Source: a virus
Virus record (IMG/VR): IMGVR_UViG_3300025133_000085
Span: 6,438 to 70,437 of that record
Strand: one strand, 5' to 3'
Length of the DNA: 64,000 bases
In this document: one piece after another, positions 1 through 7,000 of the stretch
Layout: each line of letters starts with the position of its first letter
How positions within the stretch are numbered: position 1 is the stretch's first letter
Made by a program: the position numbers and the translations under genes
The notes under the pieces: model-generated
Databases searched by the model: none
Told to the model about the DNA's origin: nothing
The model's input: only the letters and a program-made list of their open reading frames with translations

Positions 1-128
1 TCCCTATTTTTCGCGTGGCGCTTAAGTCGATCGATGGCGAGATTGTTCGGCCCCATGTACCTGATACCGTAATCTTCGTCTAGACGTTGTCTCGTAAGCG
101 TGTCGTCGAAATCGAATGTGATAATCAT
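1..128 (-). CDS. HAD-superfamily hydrolase (N-terminal part; runs off the window)
   Basis: Manual translation from ATG 128: MIITFDFDDTL (HAD motif I, DxD), open to the window edge; GGAG RBS and TACTTAT motif upstream. Confidence 0.6.
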   Translation of the reverse strand, partial: MIITFDFDDTLTRQRLDEDYGIRYMGPNNLAIDRLKRHAKNR

Positions 129-177
129 CGTTATCTCCCGGCGCGTTGGTTTCTTTATAAGTATCTTTCGCGGGCAT

Positions 178-390
178 TCACTCGACGGATTTGACAACTT
201 CCAAGAGGTAAGCGTTGATCGATTGAACGTTCCCGGTACCCCAAAGAACGAAGACCCTTTGCTCCTGCGGTAGGTACGAATGATCTCGATACATCTCTGT
301 CTTCACGACTATCCCAAGTTCGTTGTCGACGTTCGGATTTCGTTCGACGACGTCGCCAACCTTGATGTAGAATTCGGCCGATATGGACAT
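178..390 (-). CDS. hypothetical protein
   Basis: 70-aa ORF with GAGG RBS, same strand as neighbours. Confidence 0.55.
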   Translation of the reverse strand: MSISAEFYIKVGDVVERNPNVDNELGIVVKTEMYRDHSYLPQEQRVFVLWGTGNVQSINAYLLEVVKSVE

Positions 391-506
391 TTTCCCTCAA
401 CACATTACGCTGATAAGCGCTTCCTCTTATTACTAATTGCGCCCGTACAAAGCGCTTATCGACGAAAACGAGGGGGGAATAAACCTATGCCAAAAAGCTA
501 TATTAC

Positions 507-905
507 TCATATCTTGACAACTAGCCCCTTCTTTTTCCTCATCACTTTAATTGTACCATGCTCTAAAATTTCCACCGTCTTCGGCGTTTCATTAACGACG
601 ACTCCTTCCGCCACCATTCCCTCTTTATCGACCCACATTACCAGATCGTTAGATCGAAGCTGCGTTTCTTTGGGCTCGGCTTTTGCGGCCCCACGCAACG
701 TGCTCGCTTCTACCGGTACGCAACATCCCACCGGCACAACCCAACGGGAGTGATCCGGTAGGTGTGGGTGAACCATTCTGTACGTCGATTCGACGAGCGC
801 CTTGCCTCCTATTTCGTCAACGTGAATTATCTTTGCAAGCGACGGTCGTTTGTCTCCGGACATGACAGCCGGCTTTACGACGAAAACGTAATCTCCCTTT
901 TTCAC
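507..905 (-). CDS. hypothetical protein (possible tandem SH3-like beta domains)
   Basis: 132-aa ORF with KKGDYV and SNDLV beta-rich halves. Confidence 0.5.
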   Translation of the reverse strand: MKKGDYVFVVKPAVMSGDKRPSLAKIIHVDEIGGKALVESTYRMVHPHLPDHSRWVVPVGCCVPVEASTLRGAAKAEPKETQLRSNDLVMWVDKEGMVAEGVVVNETPKTVEILEHGTIKVMRKKKGLVVKI

Positions 906-914
906 ACGAACCCC

Positions 915-1523
915 CTATTCGAAATCAATTTTGACGTCGATGGTAATATGAAGCTTTGGAACCCTGAGGTGGTTCGCCAATCCGTGCCTCTTACACTCCT
1001 CCGCATCGAGGAACCAGTCTGCGTGGTTCTTCTTGTCGACAAACTTAAGAAAGTAGTCGTCTTTCTTACCGCAGTTTCTCGCCATCATCTTATACACGAT
1101 CTTGTTTAGTCTCTCGGTCTCCGCGACGCTGGCCTTCAGCTCTTCGACCTTGCCAAGTTGCCCCGAAGAAACGTCGTGAATCATTACCGTGGCGTTGGGA
1201 TCCATGAAGCGCATTCCTTCTTCGCCGAAAGAAAAAAGTATCGCGCCACACGACATCGCCTTTCCTTCAATGATCGTTGCGACGGGAAGCTCCGCATGCT
1301 TGATGGCGCTAATCATGGCCATCAACGAATACACTTCGCCGCCGTAAGAATCGATCACGACGGGGATCACATCCTGGCCAGTGTTGTGCGCTTCCGCAAG
1401 GGCGTTGTGAAATTCCTTCGACGACTTTTCGTCGAACTTGTTCACCCTAACAACGATCGGATTTTTTCGTAGCTCGACTTCCTTAAGCAAACCAGATATT
1501 TCGGTTGTCCACTTCACGATCAC
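915..1523 (-). CDS. clpP: ClpP-family serine protease
   Basis: IDSYGGEV, GKAMSCG (catalytic Ser), PNATVMIHD (catalytic His), WFLDAEE motifs. Confidence 0.88.
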   Translation of the reverse strand: MIVKWTTEISGLLKEVELRKNPIVVRVNKFDEKSSKEFHNALAEAHNTGQDVIPVVIDSYGGEVYSLMAMISAIKHAELPVATIIEGKAMSCGAILFSFGEEGMRFMDPNATVMIHDVSSGQLGKVEELKASVAETERLNKIVYKMMARNCGKKDDYFLKFVDKKNHADWFLDAEECKRHGLANHLRVPKLHITIDVKIDFE

Positions 1524-1638
1524 CTCGTGGTCTTGGTGTTTATAGCGCGCACATATTGAGCTTGTGTTTGGACCCAGACGCGTAAAAGGGCGTCGGGCTC
1601 TACTGGCGGTTCTCCGCAGCGAATTTCGATCACGTCTC

Positions 1639-2088
1639 CTACTTCCAGCAAATTTCTGCGCAACAGAGATTTCCCTTCTTTGTTACGAACTTCGGTGCTC
1701 CACAGCGACAGCGCTCCGGGCGCGCGGCGTTCTTCCACACGGCCCGCATCCGTCCAACCATGCGCTCGGTGATTGCGTCGACGTTCCCCATCCGGTGAAC
1801 CCGACGGTTCTTGACGAGACCCCGCGTTTTCCCGTCCTTTGTTGTGTAGACGGCGGCAACGCGAATGGAGTCCTTACCAACGTTGCGAACCTTCCCGTCC
1901 ACGATCGTGGTGTAAACGCGAACGTCGGTTCTATCGTTGACCGGACGTGCAAACACGCGCTCCATGCCGCAGTACTTGGCGTTGCGATCGGGCTTCTCCA
2001 CCTCCGCAAACCCACACTCGTCAAGCCTCATCAGAAGCGAGGCGGCGAGCGCGGTGCGCATGCCGGGGATGGTGGGATCATAGTCCAT
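1639..2088 (-). CDS. hypothetical protein with C-terminal Zn ribbon
   Basis: CRCG...CCAEIC at the C-terminus; RBS and sigma70-like promoter upstream. Confidence 0.6.
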   Translation of the reverse strand: MDYDPTIPGMRTALAASLLMRLDECGFAEVEKPDRNAKYCGMERVFARPVNDRTDVRVYTTIVDGKVRNVGKDSIRVAAVYTTKDGKTRGLVKNRRVHRMGNVDAITERMVGRMRAVWKNAARPERCRCGAPKFVTKKGNLCCAEICWK

Positions 2089-2110
2089 GTGGTAACTCCC
2101 TTATAGACTT

Positions 2111-2140
2111 ATAGTACCACAAACCCCCGGCATTTTACAC
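2111..2140 (-). promoter_or_regulatory. sigma70-type promoter
   Basis: GTGTAA-18nt-TACTAT with TG extended -10, upstream of ATG 2088. Confidence 0.5.
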
Positions 2141-2452
2141 TCAGTTGTCGTCGGCGATAACCTCTACTTCTAGCGCGTCTGCATCTTCAGAGCGCTTGGC
2201 TGCCTCGTTGGTCCGGTCGATGATGTCCTGATTCGTCGTCGACGCTGGCGTCTTTTGGTCGTCGTTCAATGGGACCTCATCGTTGAACGACGCTCGAATA
2301 GCATCGCCCTCGACGTTGTCAGACGCATTACCATCTGCGACGTTAAGCGTCGCGTCGGTCGTATCGCTAGGCCACGCCAGAAACGCGATGACGGCAGCTG
2401 CAACGATGCCCAGACCAATAAAGCTCTTCATATATTTATTCATGATGTTCAT
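2141..2452 (-). CDS. membrane-anchored acidic hypothetical protein
   Basis: N-terminal TM segment FIGLGIVAAAVIAFLAW followed by an acidic tail. Confidence 0.55.
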   Translation of the reverse strand: MNIMNKYMKSFIGLGIVAAAVIAFLAWPSDTTDATLNVADGNASDNVEGDAIRASFNDEVPLNDDQKTPASTTNQDIIDRTNEAAKRSEDADALEVEVIADDN

Positions 2453-2573
2453 ATCCTTTTTTTATGCGAACAGAGAAAAAATAACCCAAACGTAAAGTTT
2501 GTTTAATTCTCGGTAAAAAAAACTACTTATACCAGGGGTGCCGTATAACAAGGTATCACATAGGGAGTTGTAT

Positions 2574-2735
2574 ATGCAGGCATTCATAAAACACTATATT
2601 GGTGCGTTACTTGGATTAGTCTTTGGGGCCGTCGTCGCGACGCTAACGACGATGATGATTTACGGAGACTTACCCGGACACGAGGTGGAAGCGTTCCAAC
2701 AGTGCCTTATCGAGTACGCCTCTACCAGCAAGTAA
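2574..2735 (+). CDS. small membrane protein
   Basis: GGGAG RBS before ATG 2574; one TM helix; TACTTAT at 2524-2530. Confidence 0.45.
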   Translation: MQAFIKHYIGALLGLVFGAVVATLTTMMIYGDLPGHEVEAFQQCLIEYASTSK

Positions 2736-2963
2736 CTCTTCTTTGTCTCGCTTATTGTGTTGCTTAACGAAATACTCCGCCTTGTGCGCGGTGCTCTTAT
2801 CTGTGCCTGAAGACTGCCAAACGAGTTCGACCGGCAACCGGGAACGCGTGTACTTGGCTCCCTTGCCGGTCGAGTGTTTTTCTACTCTCTTCTGCAGGTC
2901 GTTGGTGACGCCACAGTAGAGACTGTTATCGGAACAGCGGAGGAGGTAGACGAACCAGGTCAA
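2670..2963 (-). CDS. GIY-YIG nuclease (UPF0213-like)
   Basis: WFVYLLRCSDNSLYCGVTNDLQKRVEKH..GKGAKYTRSRLPV; probable TTG start at 2963. Confidence 0.85.
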   Translation of the reverse strand: MTWFVYLLRCSDNSLYCGVTNDLQKRVEKHSTGKGAKYTRSRLPVELVWQSSGTDKSTAHKAEYFVKQHNKRDKEELLAGRGVLDKALLERFHLVSG

Positions 2964-2965
2964 TC

Positions 2966-3367
2966 CTACCAGTAAGACTGGGCAATACCATACGACCCAG
3001 CGACCCCACCCACGGAGTCGAACCAATCGTTGAGGAAGCCTTCGCCGATACCAGCATCCCCTACCATCGTGACTTGGACCCAGTCTGTCTCGCCGGGCAT
3101 ACCCCACTCTCCCTGGAGGTCCTCAAGCGTGGCGTCTGTATCTTCCCAACTACCGGTCTCTTCGGACACACGCAGACCCTCTCGTCCCGCAGCGCTACTT
3201 AAGTCTGCTAGAAGTCGACCTGGAACGACAAGGCCCCACGTAACTTCCCCCGGACCCGCACGTTCCCGCAAGCGACGTCGCCTTCGCGAGGTGGGTCGGC
3301 GCCGACGCTTGGTGCGGTTGATCTCTTCCTTGATGATCCTCCTAAGCTGTCGTCTTGTGATTCTCAT
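2966..3367 (-). CDS. family-A leader protein with Arg-rich tract (putative internal head protein)
   Basis: Starts MRITRRQLRRIIKEE; RRRRPTSRRRRRLRE tract; acidic C-terminal domain. Confidence 0.7.
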   Translation of the reverse strand: MRITRRQLRRIIKEEINRTKRRRRPTSRRRRRLRERAGPGEVTWGLVVPGRLLADLSSAAGREGLRVSEETGSWEDTDATLEDLQGEWGMPGETDWVQVTMVGDAGIGEGFLNDWFDSVGGVAGSYGIAQSYW

Positions 3368-3436
3368 GATGTCTATCTCCTAACGTGTTTATAAATATAC
3401 TGATTCTATCAATAAAACTGGGCAATGTCATACCCA
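3335..3436 (-). repeat. copy 1 of a ~100-bp duplicated unit (gene-tail relic + TANTTAT + RBS + leader codons)
   Basis: Closely similar to 4598-4705, e.g. TAT[AT]..TTATAAACACGTTAGGAGA...ATGAGAATCACAAGACGACAGCTTAG. Confidence 0.7.
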
Positions 3437-3466
3437 CCTGTCTTTGGCTCCGTTACCGGTCGAGTG

Positions 3467-3799
3467 TTATGCGTAGTCTCCGTTAATCAACTTATCGGTG
3501 AATTCCTGCATCGTCTGCAACGCTAGCTTTCGGATCCTTACGGTTAGCTCCACTTCCATGTCCATCGATGCGGATTCGACCTGTTCTTCCCAAAACGCTT
3601 TTGCCTCAGCGGTGGGTGTGTCATCGGGTGCCATGGACGGATCACCTGTGTCGAATGCTTTCTCCTCCTGGTCCCTCCATTCATCGACTAGCGTCCCAAC
3701 ATTTGTCCAATCCACTCGAGGCCAATGATGAGTGTTGCTGTCAACAGATTCAACCTCTTGCAAGATGATCCTTCTAAGCTGTCGTCTTGTGATTTTCAC
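3467..3799 (-). CDS. family-A leader protein
   Basis: Starts MKITRRQLRRIILQE; acidic body. Confidence 0.7.
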   Translation of the reverse strand: MKITRRQLRRIILQEVESVDSNTHHWPRVDWTNVGTLVDEWRDQEEKAFDTGDPSMAPDDTPTAEAKAFWEEQVESASMDMEVELTVRIRKLALQTMQEFTDKLINGDYA

Positions 3800-4047
3800 T
3801 ATTCCTCTTCAGCCGCATATTGTGCTGCGGCTTGCACCCCTGCAAACATGGCATCAACAAGGTTATAAAGTTCACCCTTAAGCACATCTTCCGGAATATC
3901 ATATCCCATGTTTTCATCAAGTATCATGATATATTCCTCCAACGCATCGTTGAGACGCTCTTCAGCACCCTGCAACGAACCTTCGCTTAGAAGCTTTCGC
4001 TTCTCTTCTTTGATAATTCTTCTAAGCTGTCGTCTGGTGATTCTCAT
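3799..4047 (-). CDS. family-A leader protein
   Basis: Starts MRITRRQLRRIIKEEKRKLLSE. Confidence 0.7.
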   Translation of the reverse strand: MRITRRQLRRIIKEEKRKLLSEGSLQGAEERLNDALEEYIMILDENMGYDIPEDVLKGELYNLVDAMFAGVQAAAQYAAEEE

Positions 4048-4100
4048 GTTGTCTGTTTCTTATGACCTATAAATACATTGCTCGACTTAATCGTCTCTGG

Positions 4101-4337
4101 CTATGTGACCCAGGGAGAGGTGCTCGGTGCGGAGTCTTCCACGTCGTCGGCCAACGAGCGAAGTTCGTTCGCCAGCTCGAGGGTGTCGATACCCTGGGTG
4201 AGCATTTGATCGATGACGCGGTTGAGGACGAGCCACAGGTTCTCACCAGTCTTGGGATCGCGGAAGCCGTCGGTCTCTCGAAGCTTTTGCTTCTCTTCCT
4301 TGACGATTCTTCTGAGTTGGCGCTTTGTAATTCTCAC
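4101..4337 (-). CDS. family-A leader protein
   Basis: GTG start at 4337 (GTGA overlap with upstream stop); MRITKRQLRRIVKEEKQKLRE. Confidence 0.7.
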   Translation of the reverse strand: MRITKRQLRRIVKEEKQKLRETDGFRDPKTGENLWLVLNRVIDQMLTQGIDTLELANELRSLADDVEDSAPSTSPWVT

Positions 4338-4633
4338 TCTGCGTATTCTCCCGTATACACAATCCAACTCTCCTCATCATAACTTTGTTCAGCGGTCCAG
4401 GTCACATCGTCAGGTAAACTAAGCACGTCTGCTTCTTCATTTGACAAATAAATTATCTTCTGCCCTTGGTTGTCGTGCTCGATACCCAGACCGTTTTGAT
4501 TTGCCCAGGCCTCAGGAGTTATATGGGGGCTCTCTCGAAGCCGACGGCGGCTGGATCTGCGGCGCCTAGAGGTTCGAGTTCTTTTCATCTCTTCTTTGAT
4601 GATCCTTCTAAGCTGTCGTCTTGTGATTCTCAT
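4334..4633 (-). CDS. family-A leader protein with Arg-rich tract
   Basis: MRITRRQLRRIIKEEMKRTRTSRRRRSSRRRLRE. Confidence 0.7.
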   Translation of the reverse strand: MRITRRQLRRIIKEEMKRTRTSRRRRSSRRRLRESPHITPEAWANQNGLGIEHDNQGQKIIYLSNEEADVLSLPDDVTWTAEQSYDEESWIVYTGEYAE

Positions 4634-4705
4634 GCTATTCGTCTCCTAACGTGTTTATAAGTATATTGGTTCTATCGATAAGACTAGGTAATATCATACG
4701 ACCCA
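4598..4705 (-). repeat. copy 2 of the duplicated promoter/leader unit
   Basis: Matches 3335-3436 at nucleotide level. Confidence 0.7.
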
Positions 4706-4774
4706 GCAAGTTCGCCTGGTGCGGTTGAGCTCTTCCTTGACGATTCTTCTAAGCTGTCGCTTTGTGATCTTCAT
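4694..4774 (-). pseudogene. leader-only minigene or internally deleted family-A gene
   Basis: Manual translation MKITKRQLRRIVKEELNRTRRTCWVV*; overlapping frame reads AGSYDIT*SYR*, resembling the tail AGSYGIAQSYW* of 2966-3367. Confidence 0.6.
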
Positions 4775-5244
4775 GTTCCCAAACTTCCCTTTCTATTTAG
4801 CGAGCTCGACACAACAATGCCCGACGGCTCGTGAACTACGTTTCGTCGCTTACGGCCATACCTTGCATCTGCCTCGTCGCTTGCGTTAACTTCTTTAAAC
4901 TGCCCCTTCAAATCTTCGTATTCACCAATAGCAGAACTCACTTCTTCGAAAGTTGGTACACCATCAAACCATAATTTGTAAGCGCTAGAAGGAAAAATGG
5001 AAAACGGTTTGATACGAACCTTGCTGAGGAAGACACCGTAGTTATCATAACTATTGTCTTGATTGTACATCTCATTTCGAAGATCAATTAGTTCGCTATA
5101 CTTGTCCCCCAAACGACGAAGATATTGAAAGTGAGAACCGTATTGGTCCCTTAGTTCCAGCATTCGATCATAAAGTGCTTGTGGCTCTGGTCCCGTTATA
5201 GCTTCCCTGATGATCCTTCTAAGCTGTCGTCTTGTGACCTTCAT
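4771..5244 (-). CDS. family-A leader protein
   Basis: Starts MKVTRRQLRRIIRE. Confidence 0.7.
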   Translation of the reverse strand: MKVTRRQLRRIIREAITGPEPQALYDRMLELRDQYGSHFQYLRRLGDKYSELIDLRNEMYNQDNSYDNYGVFLSKVRIKPFSIFPSSAYKLWFDGVPTFEEVSSAIGEYEDLKGQFKEVNASDEADARYGRKRRNVVHEPSGIVVSSSLNRKGSLGT

Positions 5245-5246
5245 GG

Positions 5247-5528
5247 TTACCGCCTCCTACGACTTCGACGTCCTCGCGAATACCGATCGCCACCACCGGA
5301 GCCATAGCCACCACGCATCGATCCGGTTCCGAAAATGGTCTCGCCCTCACCGCCGGCTTCTAGGTGACCGTACTGGCCTTCGAGGTGTGGAGCAGGTTCG
5401 TTATTACCATCGTCGTCGCTGATCATGAGGTCGCCGTCCCGGTTGCGATAGACATACCGTTCGTACTCGAGTAGAAGCGAAGCCGCTTCCTTGATGACTC
5501 TTCTCAATTGTCGGGTTGTGATCTTCAC
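5247..5528 (-). CDS. family-A leader protein with Gly/Arg-rich tail
   Basis: Starts MKITTRQLRRVIKEAASLLLE; ends SRGRRSRRRR. Confidence 0.7.
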   Translation of the reverse strand: MKITTRQLRRVIKEAASLLLEYERYVYRNRDGDLMISDDDGNNEPAPHLEGQYGHLEAGGEGETIFGTGSMRGGYGSGGGDRYSRGRRSRRRR

Positions 5529-5532
5529 GTTC

Positions 5533-5823
5533 TCACCCTCTACGCGTGTTGCGCTTTACCTCGCGGATCATCCGACGGAGTTGCTTGTACGTGAGACGGC
5601 GGCCTGAACGCCGGCGACTTTCGTGGTGATGATAAGCGACATCGTGTGCATGCTCCTCCTCTTCCCTATCGTCTTCGATATCTTTTTCGAGCGCATCGAT
5701 GTGCCCTTTGTCATCTTCGATGTTCTTTCTAAGGTGCTCGAGTTCTCTGTCGACCGTGTCTTCGGATATTCTGTGCGCTTCCTCGCGGATGATCCGACGA
5801 AGCTGGCGTGGCGTGATTTTCAT
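5533..5823 (-). CDS. family-A leader protein (leader-like motif at both ends)
   Basis: MKITPRQLRRIIREE at the N-terminus and RLTYKQLRRMIRE near the C-terminus. Confidence 0.7.
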   Translation of the reverse strand: MKITPRQLRRIIREEAHRISEDTVDRELEHLRKNIEDDKGHIDALEKDIEDDREEEEHAHDVAYHHHESRRRSGRRLTYKQLRRMIREVKRNTRRG

Positions 5824-5892
5824 GGTGAGGTCTCCATTAACGTTAGATGAACCATCAACATTAAATATTACGTACCACCGCGAAAAGCCCGT

Positions 5893-6240
5893 TTACTTTA
5901 GGTAAGCTTGTACACCCAGGATGCAAAACGCTAACAACGTGCAGATTAACGTCTTGGAAGTAAAGAAGGATTCGCCCAACAAATAGTATGTCAAAACCGG
6001 GAAAACCAAGAACGTCAACGAAAATCCAATGAAGCGTACACCCCACCAACTACCGAACGCCGCGACCGCGTATGACCACGCGAAGTAGTAACCGAACGCA
6101 ATGGGAAGCGCGAGCAACCCGCATAGAAGCAGGGATCTTTCTTTCCACCACTCATTTAGAAACTGCGAGTTTAGTTGAAACCACACCAATATATCTGTCA
6201 CGACGAAAAGAAGGACCGCCATGGCGACGTTCCAATTCAC
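5893..6240 (-). CDS. small 4-TM membrane protein (DMT/SMR-like)
   Basis: Four hydrophobic helices in 115 aa. Confidence 0.55.
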   Translation of the reverse strand: MNWNVAMAVLLFVVTDILVWFQLNSQFLNEWWKERSLLLCGLLALPIAFGYYFAWSYAVAAFGSWWGVRFIGFSLTFLVFPVLTYYLLGESFFTSKTLICTLLAFCILGVQAYLK

Positions 6241-6440
6241 GGTCGTTCCAGTACCTTGAGCTCGTTCAACATGTGAAGCTCAAGCTTACCGTCCGGAAAC
6301 TGAACTTCGGCCTTCAGCGTTTTCCCAGGCGTGCCGCCAACGTACCACGAAACTGTCTCTGTTTGTACAACTTGCTTAACTGTTCCTACTCTACTCATAT
6401 TATTCCACACGCAAACTTTATCATTCGGTCTTGGAGTCAT
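6237..6440 (-). CDS. hypothetical protein (SH3-like)
   Basis: 67-aa ORF with GAGGT RBS, overlapping the downstream start. Confidence 0.5.
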   Translation of the reverse strand: MTPRPNDKVCVWNNMSRVGTVKQVVQTETVSWYVGGTPGKTLKAEVQFPDGKLELHMLNELKVLERP

Positions 6441-6481
6441 CGATCACCTCTCACCATTATACGATTATACGCCGCTTTGTT

Positions 6482-7000
6482 CTAAACGTTTACTTCGTAT
6501 CGACGAAGATCCGAACCAAAGCCCTGCTTACGCATCACCGTTACAACTCGTAGCTCGTCGTTACCGGGACGCATGTTCAACACCGCGATGACGTTGAGCG
6601 GTGGACCAGACCCGGTCTTACCCACGAATAGAAACTTTTCGCCGTTTGCGAGTTCTCCGTTTGCGAAATCATCGATCGCCAGCCCAAGTCCCGCGTTGAC
6701 GACGTCTAGGATCGACTGTCCTGTAATGCGAAACCCCCCACCTCCCGTTTTCTTGTGGCGACTTTGACGTTCTTTAGAGTGTTGCGTGGCCTGGACATCG
6801 ACGCCAGGAATGTCAACCACGATTTTTAGACGAGGTACCGATACGACCTGCTTCTTTTCACGCGTTCTCCCGTAGTACGAACCGAGGGCTTCCTGCACGA
6901 ACTCCCTCAGGGGTCCCATCTCCAACATATCCAGCGTTCCCGCGGGTACCGGTTCGTCTTGCGTTTGAAGCTTGTCGAAAATCTGGGGTTCTTTTTTCAT
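6482..7000 (-). CDS. hypothetical protein with family-B-like motif; possible RNase-toxin-like fold
   Basis: ATG 7000 overlaps upstream TGA; LREFVQEAL motif; TQHSKER...VVTVMRK pattern. Confidence 0.5.
   Translation of the reverse strand: MKKEPQIFDKLQTQDEPVPAGTLDMLEMGPLREFVQEALGSYYGRTREKKQVVSVPRLKIVVDIPGVDVQATQHSKERQSRHKKTGGGGFRITGQSILDVVNAGLGLAIDDFANGELANGEKFLFVGKTGSGPPLNVIAVLNMRPGNDELRVVTVMRKQGFGSDLRRYEVNV

Noticed and set aside
412-460. 11-bp inverted repeat gataagcgctt/aagcgcttatc
   Set aside because: Real, but single copy with a 27-nt loop and no U tract; no function can be assigned.
1520-1738. ORF or structured RNA between the Zn-ribbon gene and clpP
   Set aside because: The ORF overlaps its neighbour and has no motif; no tRNA-like or other known RNA fold was recognised.
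3335-5244. ~35-bp direct repeats resembling a CRISPR array
   Set aside because: Spacing is irregular (about 140-470 bp), the repeats are the first codons of ORFs, and no cas genes are present.
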